IMG/VR virus record: IMGVR_UViG_3300036780_000209
Location: 102,499-166,498 of that record
Source of the DNA: a virus
Strand: one strand, 5' to 3'
Length of the DNA: 64,000 nt
Below the pieces are notes generated by a model. That model was given only the letters and a program-made list of their open reading frames with translations, did not search any database and was not told where the DNA came from. The translations under genes were made by a program, and so were the position numbers. Within the stretch, counting starts at the first letter, position 1; every line of letters begins with the position of its first letter. Positions 1 through 10,575 of the stretch are shown here, piece by piece.

Positions 1-1
1 T

Positions 2-718
2 CTGCCCTGAGCCCCCGAGCTGACCCCAGTTGTGGTACTGCGCCTGGAGCTGGCTCCAGAGCACGCTCGGGGCAGTCTGGGAGCCCTGTGAGTCGATCAG
101 CTTCCAGACCTCGATGACAGAGCACGGGACTCCGGTGAGGGCCTCGGCGACCGCCTGGAGGCCGGGGACAGTGCCTCCCATTGCGATGGCAGAGGCGAGC
201 GCAATGATGCGCTCCCGGAAGGTCGCGTCGATCGAGTAGATATCGTCCCAGGCGTCCGGGCTGGCGAGGTCGCTGTACGGGCTGACTGTGGTGCCAGTCG
301 CCGGATTGGCCGGCAGGGAGCCGTCAGGGCCACGGAGCGCCCCGAACAGCGCACCGTAGAAGCTGTCCAGGTCGTAGAAGTTCGTGCTCGTGACCGCGCC
401 CTGGAGCCTCGCCAGGAGCTGCCGCTTGCGGAGCTGGCCGACCCCGGAATCCCCGAGCATCGCCTGCATGAAATGGATGATCGCGGAGCCGGGCGACAGG
501 TCGAAGACCTCGGACGGGAAGTTAACAAGCCGCTGCGCCAGGACCAGGTCGGGGCTCAGCAGGTTGGTGGCCACGGCCGTGCCGCCGGGCAGCGGCTGGG
601 TGGCGCTGGCCTGGAAGTTGAGGATCGACGGCTGCGGGGTGTCCGGGTAGTCGAAGAGGCTCTGGTCCTGGTTGATGATCCCGGGGCTCAGGGAGCTGTC
701 GCTGATGATGGCGGGCAT
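2..718 (-). CDS. Baseplate wedge-type protein (3' end runs off the window)
   Basis: ATG at 718 overlaps the stop of the baseplate J-like gene. Frame MPAIISDSSL... is open to the window edge. Assignment is by position. Confidence 0.6.
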   Translation of the reverse strand, partial: MPAIISDSSLSPGIINQDQSLFDYPDTPQPSILNFQASATQPLPGGTAVATNLLSPDLVLAQRLVNFPSEVFDLSPGSAIIHFMQAMLGDSGVGQLRKRQLLARLQGAVTSTNFYDLDSFYGALFGALRGPDGSLPANPATGTTVSPYSDLASPDAWDDIYSIDATFRERIIALASAIAMGGTVPGLQAVAEALTGVPCSVIEVWKLIDSQGSQTAPSVLWSQLQAQYHNWGQLGGSGQ

Positions 719-2538
719 CAGGAGAATCCCCCGAAGGTGTTGACGGCCTTGGTCGCCAGGACGGTGCCGCCGAACGAGGGAAAGGTGTCATCCCCGAAGA
801 AGACGCTGAGCGGCTCTCCCTCTCTGTTCACGTAGGAATTGACCACCGCCCCGTTCACGACCTGCTGGATCCCGACATTGGAGCTGTTCGGGGAAGCGGG
901 ATTCCAGCCTCCGTAGTCATCTCCGGTCAGGAACCGGGCCGCAATGACCCCCGGGGTGCCCTCGACGATATTCAGCACCGTGCTCGCGTAAAGGGTGGCG
1001 TTGAATCCCAGGGTGCTCAGGTAATTGGCGAGAGCCGTGTTCACCGACTGCTGCGTTACCGAGATGGTGACCGACGTGTCGTAAATGATGGCCAGCGAGA
1101 ACTGCAGGAACTGCGTGATTCCCTGATGCGCCAGGACATCGGTCCCAGCCAGCTTCCAGTTCTCCACGTCCTGCTGGATCTGGCGGGGAACGGCATTGTA
1201 CGTGTATCCCGCTCCCACGACGATGACCGAGTTGACGACCGGCTGGAAGTTAGCTGCCCATTCCAGCCCGAAGTCAGAATAGGGGCTCCAGCCGAAGGCC
1301 CCCGTCCGGTGGACTATCTGGTAGGCGTAGCTCACTCCTGCCGAGGAAGTCCCGATGGGGTTCTGGGGCGTGGCCAGGCCGTAGGCAATGCCGCCCACGA
1401 TGAGGATGGCGGGCACCGTGAGGACCGGGCCGAAGGCCAGCGGGATGAAGATGTTGCCGGCGGCCGGGATGGTGCTGTCGGGCCGGATGAAGCTCCCGGC
1501 ATAGTAATTGCTCGACGGCGTGGAGGAAAAGGCGATCAGCGGCTGGAATGCCACGGACTGGGCGGCAGCCGTCGCGTCGGTGCCGGCGCAGTAGACATCC
1601 GTGCGGTTGTAGATCCCGAGCGCGTTGCTGTTGCGGCTCGCCTCGTCCATGTAGACGAAGGACAGGTCGATGAGCTGACCCTCAGGAAAGTACGTGTGAT
1701 CGATGACCTGGACCTGAGGCGGGTTCACCGCGTAGTTCCAGGTGTACTGGACCCCGGGCACGGCCACGTCGCCGTTGTCGATGTCGTGGCCCACGACCTG
1801 GCCCGACGGGTAGATGAACTGGGCGTCCGTCACGGTGGAGATGGCCTGGCCGCCGGAAATCTGGAGCTGCTCGGTACGCCGGGTGGAGGCCCCGATCGCG
1901 TTGGCGGCCGTGCAGTTGACATTGTTCAGCGCGAGCCCCAGGAACATGGAGCTGGTCCCCGCCATGCTCTTGAAGGCCGTGGTCTTCCACCGCGTGCGGA
2001 GCTGCGCGTCGGTCTCCTGGTTGGTGCCCCCGGAAGCCGCGCTGGCGTTGAGCACCCCGGTGACCTCCGCGACCGGGTTGAGCAGGCTGGTCAGCGACGC
2101 GGCGGCCACATTCCCCTGCGGGCCGGCCTGGACGGCCTGGGCGGGCACGGACACCGAGAGCGCACCCGAGCTGAGGATCCCGGCCGAGAGGGTCTGGAAG
2201 ACGACTGTCCCGTCCGAGGTCGCCACCTGGGTGGCGATGGGCACCGAGACGACATCGGAAGCAGTGCCCCGGGTGAAGGTGATCACGGCGGTAGCCCGGG
2301 CGGCCGGGAACCGGCTCATGCCGAAGAGCTGGACGAAAGCATCCAGGGCGGACCCGGTCTGGGCGTTGACATCGTACTGGTAGGTCAGTAGCTGGGTATC
2401 GGAGCTGACATCGGAGATGGCCGAGGCCACGGCGTCGATGATCTTCCGGGTAACGCTGCCCACGGAGGTGTCGAGATCAGGCTCGGACACGCCCAGGGCG
2501 CTGATGATCTGGGCGCTGATGTCCTGCTGGCTAGCCAC
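718..2538 (-). CDS. Baseplate J/gp47-like protein
   Basis: LDAFVQLFGMSR...A..VITFTR, GPQGNVAA and GGTNQETDAQLRTR are baseplate J-type motifs. Confidence 0.88.
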   Translation of the reverse strand: MASQQDISAQIISALGVSEPDLDTSVGSVTRKIIDAVASAISDVSSDTQLLTYQYDVNAQTGSALDAFVQLFGMSRFPAARATAVITFTRGTASDVVSVPIATQVATSDGTVVFQTLSAGILSSGALSVSVPAQAVQAGPQGNVAAASLTSLLNPVAEVTGVLNASAASGGTNQETDAQLRTRWKTTAFKSMAGTSSMFLGLALNNVNCTAANAIGASTRRTEQLQISGGQAISTVTDAQFIYPSGQVVGHDIDNGDVAVPGVQYTWNYAVNPPQVQVIDHTYFPEGQLIDLSFVYMDEASRNSNALGIYNRTDVYCAGTDATAAAQSVAFQPLIAFSSTPSSNYYAGSFIRPDSTIPAAGNIFIPLAFGPVLTVPAILIVGGIAYGLATPQNPIGTSSAGVSYAYQIVHRTGAFGWSPYSDFGLEWAANFQPVVNSVIVVGAGYTYNAVPRQIQQDVENWKLAGTDVLAHQGITQFLQFSLAIIYDTSVTISVTQQSVNTALANYLSTLGFNATLYASTVLNIVEGTPGVIAARFLTGDDYGGWNPASPNSSNVGIQQVVNGAVVNSYVNREGEPLSVFFGDDTFPSFGGTVLATKAVNTFGGFS

Positions 2539-2968
2539 CGGTCACTGTCCTGGTGATGATGACCTGGGAGCCGGATGAGGTCGTGAGCGCCACCGACACC
2601 TGCATGATCTCCGGGTTGGGCGATGTCATCGCATTCACGCTGTCCACTGACGCGATGACATCGGCGGCCGAGAACTGGCTGCGAGCCCCGGTGAGGACGT
2701 AGTTCTTCATCTGCTGCTGCTGGGCGTCGATGACCTGCTGGATCACCCGCGACACCTCCGAGCTGACCAGGGCCGGGGTGCCCGGGAGCTGAGGCTGCCC
2801 CTTGTAGGAGTCGAGCACCGAGCCCCAGGTCGTGTGATACGGGTCGCTGCCGTAGGGCTCGGCCAGGGCCATGCCGATCCGCTGCCGGATGTAGTCCCCG
2901 CCATCCACCGTGGCGAAGCCGCGCCCGGCCGGGCGGAGGTCTCCTCCGACTAGCTGCAGGTCCTTCAC
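2531..2968 (-). CDS. Baseplate wedge gp25/W-like protein
   Basis: 145 aa directly upstream of J, with a QRIGMALAEPYGSDPYHTTWGS motif. Confidence 0.75.
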   Translation of the reverse strand: MKDLQLVGGDLRPAGRGFATVDGGDYIRQRIGMALAEPYGSDPYHTTWGSVLDSYKGQPQLPGTPALVSSEVSRVIQQVIDAQQQQMKNYVLTGARSQFSAADVIASVDSVNAMTSPNPEIMQVSVALTTSSGSQVIITRTVTGG

Positions 2969-3017
2969 GCTGCCTCCCCTCCGTACTTCCGGGGACCAGG
3001 GGAAGGTTCACCAGCCG

Positions 3018-5993
3018 TCAGGCGCTCCCGTCCACGTTGGTCCAGGTCCCCCCGATACTGTCCGCCGTAACCGGGACGGCCCCCCAGATGACGCCGGTCG
3101 TGCCGGAATCGGTGATGATGAAGTTGGTTGCGCTGCCCGGGCTTATCTCCTCGGCCCCGCCGATCGTGATCCTCTTCGAGCTGCCGGTGACGTGAATTCC
3201 GTAATGATTGTTCCCGAATACCACGGCCCCGAAAATATTGCAGGCCTTCGAGCCGGTAATGATATAGCTGTCTGCCACGGTGTTTTCTGCCCCGCAGCCC
3301 GAGAGCACGACTCCGTGGCATCCCGTCAGGACATAACCGTTAGCATTACTATCGCAAGCGCATCCGGTCAGGCTTGAGTACTGGAGGTTAGTGAGAGAGT
3401 AACCATTACTTGTATTAGCATTAGCGTAACAGTTACGGAAATCACAGCTCGTGCAGGCAGAAACATCCGAGACGGTAAACCCGTTTCCTCCGTTGAGGAA
3501 GCTGTTGACGTTATCGAACCCGGTCGAAATGGGAGTCTGGATATTAACGCCATCAGCCCCGAAATGACTTACGCGAACATCCCGGATACTCGTGAAGGGG
3601 ATGTTGCTTGCCGAGGACTTGATGAAGCTTATCCCGTGCTGCGAACCCGAGGAGGGGCCGATTAGATCGAATCCCTCCAGGAGAATGCTCGCTACGTCGG
3701 TTCCCACCATCCCGGGCACGGCGGTCCCTCTCTGGTGAATCACCGTTGAGCCTCCGCCCGCCCCGAGAACGGACATTCCCGTGGAAAGTGGGAGCCCTGC
3801 GTTAAGGTTCCAGGCCCCCGGAAGCAGGAAAAGCCGCACGTTAGCCCCGGCCACGGCGGCTATCGCAGCCGAGTCGTCCGCCCCGGACGAGTCGCCCGAG
3901 GGGGAAAGCGAAATCACGCTGGCCCCGACCTTGAATGTGCTTACGGCCTGGACATTGTCAAATTTAGCGCCCTCGGGATAAGCCGTCCCGGCGAAAGGAT
4001 CATTTCCTGACGCTCCCGCGATGGACCCGGACAGCACCGGGGTGCCGCTCAGGTAGGTGAGCCGGACCTGGCCGTCCGACCCGGCCCCGCCGGGTGAGCC
4101 CGAGGAACCGCCGCCGCCTCCGCCGCCCGGGCCGATGGACGGAGCCGATCCTGGTCCGGCGCTTCCGCCGTTGCCGCCCGGGCCTCCCCCCGACACCGCC
4201 AGGGCACCCTGCTGGCCCGTAGCCGAGCGGCCCGCAGCAGCAGCTCCGCCCGAAGCCCCGCCGCCTCCGCCGAGGCTGAGGGTATAAGTGAGCTGGACCT
4301 GGCCGGAAGCACCCGCGCCACCGCCGAAGCCGCCTCCCCCGCCGCCGCCGCCGCCGCCGCCCGGAACCTGGCCCGGGCTTCCGTGGCTGCCGAGGGCACC
4401 GCCGTCGCCGCCTGCCCCGCCACCCTGGCGGGCAGCCCCGCCCGGGCCGCCGTCGGTGGTGGAGGAGGTCCCGCCGTTGTTCCCTCCGGTGGTCGTCCCG
4501 CCAGAGCCGCCGCCGCCAGAGCCCCCGGTAGCTCCGGGGGAGCCTCCGCTGCCGCCTGAGTGAAGGACATCTCCCTTGCTCGCGCTGATCTGGCCGCCCT
4601 GGGCGATGGCCCCGGCTGAGGCCTTGCCCCCCGCTGCCACGCAGGAATTCGTCCCGAAGGTGCTGGCAGCCCCGTTCTTGGCCGCGCCGGAAGACGTTCC
4701 GGCCTGGCCTCCCAGCCCGACGGTCAGGGCATAGGAATGCCCGGGGATGACAGTCAGCGCATTGAGCCTGGCATAGGCTCCGCCGCCCCCTCCGTACCCT
4801 CCGATGTCAGCCCCGGTACCGGATCCCCGGGTGCCTCCCCCGCCTGCGCCCCAGCATTCCACCAGGACGCTGGTAATCCCGGCCGGGGCCGTCCAGTTGA
4901 AGGTGCCGGAGTCGTCAAAGAGCGTGACGACCTTGGACCCGGCCGACGGGAGGAAGCCCTGCCCTCCCTTGAACTTGGTGGTGTTCGAGCTTCCGGTGCC
5001 GCCCAGCCCCGCCGCCGTGGGGGTTCCCGCCTGGCCGCCGTGTCCCTGAACCGTGGCTGCGTCCCCGGTGAAGAGCGAGGCCGTGCCGGCTGAGCCCGCC
5101 GGGCCGCCCGGGCCGACCGTGTAGGGATACGATCCGGCCGGGGTGACGGCAATGACCTGAGCCGAGTACTCGCCTCCGCCCCCGCCCCCGGCATCTGCCC
5201 CCGCGCCGCCGCCGCCGCCTGCGCCGACGGACTCCACCTGAACCGAGGTAACCCCGGCCGGGCATACCCAGGTCCCCGACCCCCCGGCCTTGAACGTCTG
5301 CACGATACTGCCGCCGGAAGTGTAAATGAAATAGGCCCCGGTCGTCCCGCTCGTGACGAAGTCAGCCCCGCTGATCTGGCCGCCGTTGATGATCGCGCCG
5401 TTAATGACGGTGCCGTCTATTGCCCCGGCCGCCACGAGCCCGGCGACAATGGCACCTTCGACTATGGCGTTACTTCCCACCGGGGCCTGGTCCCACTGGG
5501 TGCCATCCCAGATATTGATGATGTTGCCGTTACTCGAATCACACCAGAGCAGGCCGACGCTGGGATTCTGCGGGGCAGTCGGGGAAATCACCGCTCCCCC
5601 GGCGGCAGTGGTGGGCACCCACTGGGTCCCGTTCCACACGCCCCATATCCCGGTGGCGCTGTTAATCCAGATATCACCCATCGAGGGGGCATTAGGAGGA
5701 GCCAGGGAAAGCGTGGCCCCGTTGGATATCTGACCCGTCGGGAAATCGCTCGTGCTGTTCCCGATGAAAGCCTGGAATGCCCAGGTCCCGAAGTCCTGGC
5801 TGACGAGCCAGTTCTCGCCGACAGACGGGAGCTGCCCCTTGGACCGCTGGATCAGCAGGGGCACCCGGACCTCGTTGCCCTGGCGGTCCACGCAGACAGC
5901 CGTGTCGCTGGTCACGTCCATGACCGTCACCAGGCGCGTGCTGACCCCTACCGAATGAGTCAGCGGGTTGATGCTCGGGCGCGGTGCTCCCAC
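3018..5993 (-). CDS. Tail spike/fibre with glycine-rich domains and a C-terminal pectate-lyase-like beta-helix
   Basis: PP.AP..GDIW.N repeats, two 'W..PAGVTSV.VE..GAGGGG' Gly-rich domains, then 'ADDSAAIAA...LPGAW' and beta-helix repeats. Confidence 0.75.
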   Translation of the reverse strand: MGAPRPSINPLTHSVGVSTRLVTVMDVTSDTAVCVDRQGNEVRVPLLIQRSKGQLPSVGENWLVSQDFGTWAFQAFIGNSTSDFPTGQISNGATLSLAPPNAPSMGDIWINSATGIWGVWNGTQWVPTTAAGGAVISPTAPQNPSVGLLWCDSSNGNIINIWDGTQWDQAPVGSNAIVEGAIVAGLVAAGAIDGTVINGAIINGGQISGADFVTSGTTGAYFIYTSGGSIVQTFKAGGSGTWVCPAGVTSVQVESVGAGGGGGAGADAGGGGGGEYSAQVIAVTPAGSYPYTVGPGGPAGSAGTASLFTGDAATVQGHGGQAGTPTAAGLGGTGSSNTTKFKGGQGFLPSAGSKVVTLFDDSGTFNWTAPAGITSVLVECWGAGGGGTRGSGTGADIGGYGGGGGAYARLNALTVIPGHSYALTVGLGGQAGTSSGAAKNGAASTFGTNSCVAAGGKASAGAIAQGGQISASKGDVLHSGGSGGSPGATGGSGGGGSGGTTTGGNNGGTSSTTDGGPGGAARQGGGAGGDGGALGSHGSPGQVPGGGGGGGGGGGFGGGAGASGQVQLTYTLSLGGGGGASGGAAAAGRSATGQQGALAVSGGGPGGNGGSAGPGSAPSIGPGGGGGGGSSGSPGGAGSDGQVRLTYLSGTPVLSGSIAGASGNDPFAGTAYPEGAKFDNVQAVSTFKVGASVISLSPSGDSSGADDSAAIAAVAGANVRLFLLPGAWNLNAGLPLSTGMSVLGAGGGSTVIHQRGTAVPGMVGTDVASILLEGFDLIGPSSGSQHGISFIKSSASNIPFTSIRDVRVSHFGADGVNIQTPISTGFDNVNSFLNGGNGFTVSDVSACTSCDFRNCYANANTSNGYSLTNLQYSSLTGCACDSNANGYVLTGCHGVVLSGCGAENTVADSYIITGSKACNIFGAVVFGNNHYGIHVTGSSKRITIGGAEEISPGSATNFIITDSGTTGVIWGAVPVTADSIGGTWTNVDGSA

Positions 5994-5994
5994 G

Positions 5995-8511
5995 TCAGCC
6001 TCCGGGAGTAGGGCCGATATTCGGGGCGCTGCCGAGGCCGCCTGCGAGGGGAAGCCCGATCAGGCGGCCGTTGGAGTCCCCGTCACTTCCGGGGAGCCGG
6101 GCGGGGGCCGCTATGTTCACCGTGGTATTGAAGAATCCCCCCTGGCCCATCTGGAAGGAATGCGTCACCGTGGTGCAGTAAGCCTGGAACCCGAAGGCCG
6201 GGACTTGGATAAGCATTCCGGGCCACAGTTCCGGCATGAACGTCATCGGCACGTCGGCGTTGTACTGATAGGCCCACTGGCGCTGGAAGAGGAACAGGGC
6301 ACTGAAAAACTCCCCCTGAGGGCCGACTACCCCGGGGAGCTGCTGGAAATCAGGCCGGGCACCGAACCGGTTGTACACGTAGCTGATGAATTTCTGCGCC
6401 TGCTGCTTCGTGGGCTCCAGGCCGAAAAGGGAGTACATGATCGCCGGGATATCGATAGTCGCGACTCCGCTGGTGGTCACCGCGTTCAGGGGTCCGACAT
6501 TATCGATGGTGGCCGTCTGCAGGTTAAGCGCCTGGTTTGAGTAGGGGGCCACCGTGTACTGGTGCGTGACGAAGTTCGTGTCATCCCAGTAGACCGTGAA
6601 ATCCTGCAGCTCGATCGGCTCGATCCGCATGATGGCCGCCGTTCCCCAGACTCCGTAATAGTCCGGGAACCAGGCGATGAAGTCACCGTTGGGAGCCGAG
6701 CTGAAACTCCTCATGGTGGAATTAAGCAGGTTCTTAAGATAGGGGAGCAGCGGCTGGTCATTCAGCAATGCCCTGACCCCGGTGAGGGCAGCGGAAGTAG
6801 CCATGTCAACGGTATCCACCTGAGGCACCCAGGGAGAGGCACCGAAGAGCTTCTCGAATGGGTCCGACGGGTTAAACCAGGGCTGTGAGTTGGAAGTAGT
6901 GAGCTGCAGGCCGCCTGCGTCCAGCGTGCCGACGCCGCCACTCGGGGTACCGCCGGCGGTACCCGAGTAATCCGTGTTGGGGGCCAGCCCGGCGAAGGTC
7001 CAGTACCCGGCGCTCGTCCCTTCGCCCGCGAACGTTCCCTGCTGGTGAGCGCCGATCGTGTTCTGCCCGTCCCCGACGCTGATCTCCGTATGGCCGACCC
7101 CGTTGATGCTGCCGTTGCCGGAGTGGTACATGAGCGCCCCGGGGGTATTCATCCCCTGCTTCGCGGTGATCATCTTGCCCCGGGCCTTGCACCAGCCGGC
7201 CTGCGCTGACGCGGTGCGCGGGCAGCCGTTCAGGTTGCCGAAGGTGTGGAAGATCACCCACTGGACGAAGGAGCTGCAGTCAAGGACGGACGGATTCGGG
7301 TCATTCGGCGGCGAGTCACTGCCGAGCTGATAGGGGATGCTCGGATCGGACGAGACCAGGTTCTCGGCCGTCTGCAGGATGGCCGTGCCACTGGCTTTTC
7401 CGGACTTCCAGTTACTGGAAAGCTGGCCGAAAGCCGGGGAATTGCCGAGGGAGGTTCCCCCTTGCCCCTTGACCAGGATATTGACGATCTGGGTCGCCAT
7501 CTCCTTGAACTGGTCGTAGTAATCCGGGCCGACACCCGGGCGCTGCACCGTGACGACGACCTGGCCCGGGTCCTGGGTAAGCCGGTTGGGCACCGTCTGC
7601 TCGACGGAGAAGAACTTGCGGGTCGCGTACTGGGCGTTAGTGACCTGGGCGACTGTTCCCCATCCCTGGGACGGGCGCTGCTGGAACAGGCCGTAGGCCT
7701 GGGCGCTGTTCGGCGTCTGGATGTTGGTGAGATGCGACTCGCCCATGGCGCACTCGATGCCGATCACCGCGTCCTGCGCCGTGAGGCCCATGCTCATGGC
7801 CGTGTTGTAGATCAGGACCGCGTTGCCGGTCTCATCCGTGGACAGGGCCTGCCCTCCGTAGGTGCCGGCCTTGAGGGCATTGCTCGCCACCGTGCCGCCG
7901 CCGAGCTTGCCGCCGACGGTGCCGTTGCCGGACAGGACCGCGTAGAACTGCTGGGCCAGGGCGTCCGCCTCTTCGAGGTCGGTGTTCACGTCCTTGGCGA
8001 TCTTGTAAGCCCACTTGAACCAGCTCTGCGGGATGCCCGCGATGTGCACCTTGGTCGGGGGCCAGCCGACGACGTTGTTCATGATGGACAGCACGGCGTT
8101 GGAGACACCGCCGTCATCGGGGTTCTTGACGGCCGTGAGAGCCGTGTTGACGAGAGAAGTCGCCGCCTCGGTGCCCGGGTCCCAGAACCAGTACTGGAGC
8201 CTCTTGAGGCTGCAGGAGGCCGTGAGCTGGACCACCTGGGGCCACGCGGTCACCAGGGGCACCGCGTTCAGGTAGCCGGTGAAAACGCGCAGCCAGGTCA
8301 GCCGCTTCATCATGACGATGATGCGGTCGTTGGGGGTAAAGACGCCGTCGTACTTGCGCCGGGCGTTCTGCAGGGAGAACGAGAACGTGGAAATACCGTC
8401 GCTGCGGCGCGACAGGTTGCCCTGGGTAAGGTCCTCGCTGATATCCAGGATACCGTTATCCTGCGTGGATATGTAGACCTTGATTCCCGGCGCGTAAAGG
8501 AATACCGACAT
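5995..8511 (-). CDS. Baseplate hub/tail-associated lysin with lysozyme-like and NlpC/P60 domains
   Basis: Start re-called at MSVFLYAPG. Contains AMGES...YGLFQQRPSQGWG and DCSSFVQW...GHTEIS. Confidence 0.8.
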   Translation of the reverse strand: MSVFLYAPGIKVYISTQDNGILDISEDLTQGNLSRRSDGISTFSFSLQNARRKYDGVFTPNDRIIVMMKRLTWLRVFTGYLNAVPLVTAWPQVVQLTASCSLKRLQYWFWDPGTEAATSLVNTALTAVKNPDDGGVSNAVLSIMNNVVGWPPTKVHIAGIPQSWFKWAYKIAKDVNTDLEEADALAQQFYAVLSGNGTVGGKLGGGTVASNALKAGTYGGQALSTDETGNAVLIYNTAMSMGLTAQDAVIGIECAMGESHLTNIQTPNSAQAYGLFQQRPSQGWGTVAQVTNAQYATRKFFSVEQTVPNRLTQDPGQVVVTVQRPGVGPDYYDQFKEMATQIVNILVKGQGGTSLGNSPAFGQLSSNWKSGKASGTAILQTAENLVSSDPSIPYQLGSDSPPNDPNPSVLDCSSFVQWVIFHTFGNLNGCPRTASAQAGWCKARGKMITAKQGMNTPGALMYHSGNGSINGVGHTEISVGDGQNTIGAHQQGTFAGEGTSAGYWTFAGLAPNTDYSGTAGGTPSGGVGTLDAGGLQLTTSNSQPWFNPSDPFEKLFGASPWVPQVDTVDMATSAALTGVRALLNDQPLLPYLKNLLNSTMRSFSSAPNGDFIAWFPDYYGVWGTAAIMRIEPIELQDFTVYWDDTNFVTHQYTVAPYSNQALNLQTATIDNVGPLNAVTTSGVATIDIPAIMYSLFGLEPTKQQAQKFISYVYNRFGARPDFQQLPGVVGPQGEFFSALFLFQRQWAYQYNADVPMTFMPELWPGMLIQVPAFGFQAYCTTVTHSFQMGQGGFFNTTVNIAAPARLPGSDGDSNGRLIGLPLAGGLGSAPNIGPTPGG

Positions 8512-8515
8512 TTGA

Positions 8516-9154
8516 TCAGGGTCCCGGCTGCGGGCCTTTTCCGCCAAGAGGCGGAGCAGGCGGGGAGGAGGGGTTATTGAACTCGCTCGGGTCTCCCGGG
8601 TACACGATCTTCGAGTAATCCCTGGGAACCTGATTACCAGATAGCTGAGTGCCGATCGGGTAGAAGTACTGAATGGCGGCATCAGACTGGAAAGCCGCCC
8701 ACTTGTTGATCACCGAGCTGACTGCCGGCTGGTTGTTCTGGCCCGGGGAGGTTGCCGCCTCGAAGATGACCTGCGGGGAGAACATCATCTGGCCGACGTG
8801 GGCTCCCCAGTAGTAGCCCTGCAGCGGCACCCCGAGCTTGCTGAACTGGCGCACCGGGATGCTCACCGTCATCCAGGGGAACGGGTACTGCACCAGGTCA
8901 GGGTCCAGCGCGTAAGTGGCGTAGTTGGCCAGCCATTCGGTGAAATGGCGGCGCTCATCCCAGTTCTTGAGCAGCACCTGGACGCTGAACTCCTGCTCGG
9001 CTGCCCGGTGCGGGTAATAGGCTCGCTGGGTCCGCGCCACTGACTCCGAGGAGACCATCTGGACGCCGTGGGAGATGTCCCCGGCCCGGACCCGGTAAGT
9101 GCGCACGACCCCGCCGCGCTGGTAGCTCAGCGTGCAGTTCAGGCCCATCCTCAT
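8516..9154 (-). CDS. Virion/baseplate-region hypothetical protein
   Basis: 212-aa ORF tightly packed in the tail operon. Confidence 0.65.
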   Translation of the reverse strand: MRMGLNCTLSYQRGGVVRTYRVRAGDISHGVQMVSSESVARTQRAYYPHRAAEQEFSVQVLLKNWDERRHFTEWLANYATYALDPDLVQYPFPWMTVSIPVRQFSKLGVPLQGYYWGAHVGQMMFSPQVIFEAATSPGQNNQPAVSSVINKWAAFQSDAAIQYFYPIGTQLSGNQVPRDYSKIVYPGDPSEFNNPSSPPAPPLGGKGPQPGP

Positions 9155-9396
9155 GGAGTCCCCCGGGGCGGCGCTGCATTGTCGATCCGGGCGTCATCGG
9201 CCACCACGGTGACGCTGCCGGTGGAGGGGGCATACACCGGCACGCCCAGCTCCTCGTACTCGTTTGCCGTGATGTCGTGCACGAGCCGGAACTGGGTCAT
9301 GGCAAACCCGAACATGGGGACCTGAACGTCCTCGCCGCTCGGGACGGGCATTGACACGGGGCAGTCCGCTCCCCATACCGGCCTCTGAGTGGTCAA
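9151..9396 (-). CDS. Hypothetical protein
   Basis: 81-aa ORF with ATGA overlap to the next gene. Confidence 0.55.
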   Translation of the reverse strand: MTTQRPVWGADCPVSMPVPSGEDVQVPMFGFAMTQFRLVHDITANEYEELGVPVYAPSTGSVTVVADDARIDNAAPPRGTP

Positions 9397-9409
9397 GATT
9401 TACCGCCTT

Positions 9410-10486
9410 TCAGAAAGACCGGTTAAGGAAAGTGGTAACGAAAGACTGGGACAGCGGTCCGGCATAAACCTGGAACCCGGTGAGCTGAGCTTCTTGCTGC
9501 GCCTGCGCCAGGGACGGAGCGCTCACTGATGAATAGGTAGGCTGGCTGGGCACCTGATGCTCAACCTGGGTGATATATGAGGTGCCCTGGGAATTAGCGG
9601 CAAACCAGAGGTTGGCCGCAGCCTCGGTCTTGAAAGAGGCCTGTATCGCGTTATTGGGAAGGGCGTCATTGCTGTAGGACTGAATGCTCAGGATTCCCTC
9701 TGAGACACCAGAGGTCACTACCGCCCAGAGCGAACCCCCGCCCCCCCCCCCGGATCCTCCGCCGCCTCCCCCGCCGCCGGAGCCACCAGAGCCACCGCCG
9801 CTGCCAGGGCCGCCTCCGTTAACCGGGCCGCCTGAGCCGGGCAGGCCGCTCGGCGGTCCCGTCTCGACGCCCACCGGCTTGAGGAGCTTGAGGTCGGAGG
9901 GGCCGGCCGCTGACCCGTTGTACTGGCTGAAATGCCAGCCCACCCCGGCGCTGATGCGGCCCATGTAGGCGGCGATGGCGTCATACGCCTTCTGGCTGAA
10001 TACCCCGTTGGTGGTGCCGGCCTGGACCAGGGCATCGGAGGCATCCTGGACGATGAACAGGCTGAGCACGTACCGCTGGTTGAACTTGCCCGCCGTCATG
10101 ATGATCGAGGCATCGCCATCGGCATCGGTCAGGGCCTTGACGTAGACGCGGAAGCGCCAGTTCTTCGGCGGGTAGGTGAAGATCGCCGGGGGGTGCATCA
10201 GGTCCTGCTGGTTGGAGTCCTTCGACTGGAACTCCATGATCGCGGTGACCATCTTGAGGAACGCCTCGGCCTGCAGCCAGGAGACGCCCTGCGGAGTCGA
10301 ATGATCCTGGCCGAAGGACCCGGACACGGTGAGGTCGTCGAGGTACGCGCCGATGACCTGGACGACCCGGCCGCCGATCGTCTCCACGACGTTGGTCAGG
10401 ACCTGCCAGTTCCACTGGATCAGCTCGGGGTCGATCCGGAACGTGATCGCAGGACCGCCCGCGAACCCCAAGGTAGCCGTGCCCAT
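9410..10486 (-). CDS. Tail/baseplate-region protein with Gly-rich linker
   Basis: Strong RBS (GGAGGAGG) and a CCCCGGAAG motif upstream. Confidence 0.7.
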   Translation of the reverse strand: MGTATLGFAGGPAITFRIDPELIQWNWQVLTNVVETIGGRVVQVIGAYLDDLTVSGSFGQDHSTPQGVSWLQAEAFLKMVTAIMEFQSKDSNQQDLMHPPAIFTYPPKNWRFRVYVKALTDADGDASIIMTAGKFNQRYVLSLFIVQDASDALVQAGTTNGVFSQKAYDAIAAYMGRISAGVGWHFSQYNGSAAGPSDLKLLKPVGVETGPPSGLPGSGGPVNGGGPGSGGGSGGSGGGGGGGGSGGGGGGSLWAVVTSGVSEGILSIQSYSNDALPNNAIQASFKTEAAANLWFAANSQGTSYITQVEHQVPSQPTYSSVSAPSLAQAQQEAQLTGFQVYAGPLSQSFVTTFLNRSF

Positions 10487-10575
10487 TGCACCTCCTCCCC
10501 TTGCTTCCGGGGATGAGGAGGGGGTTTGCCAGGTTACAGGTTTCTTTGATAAAATCTGGACAGGAGATGATTACC

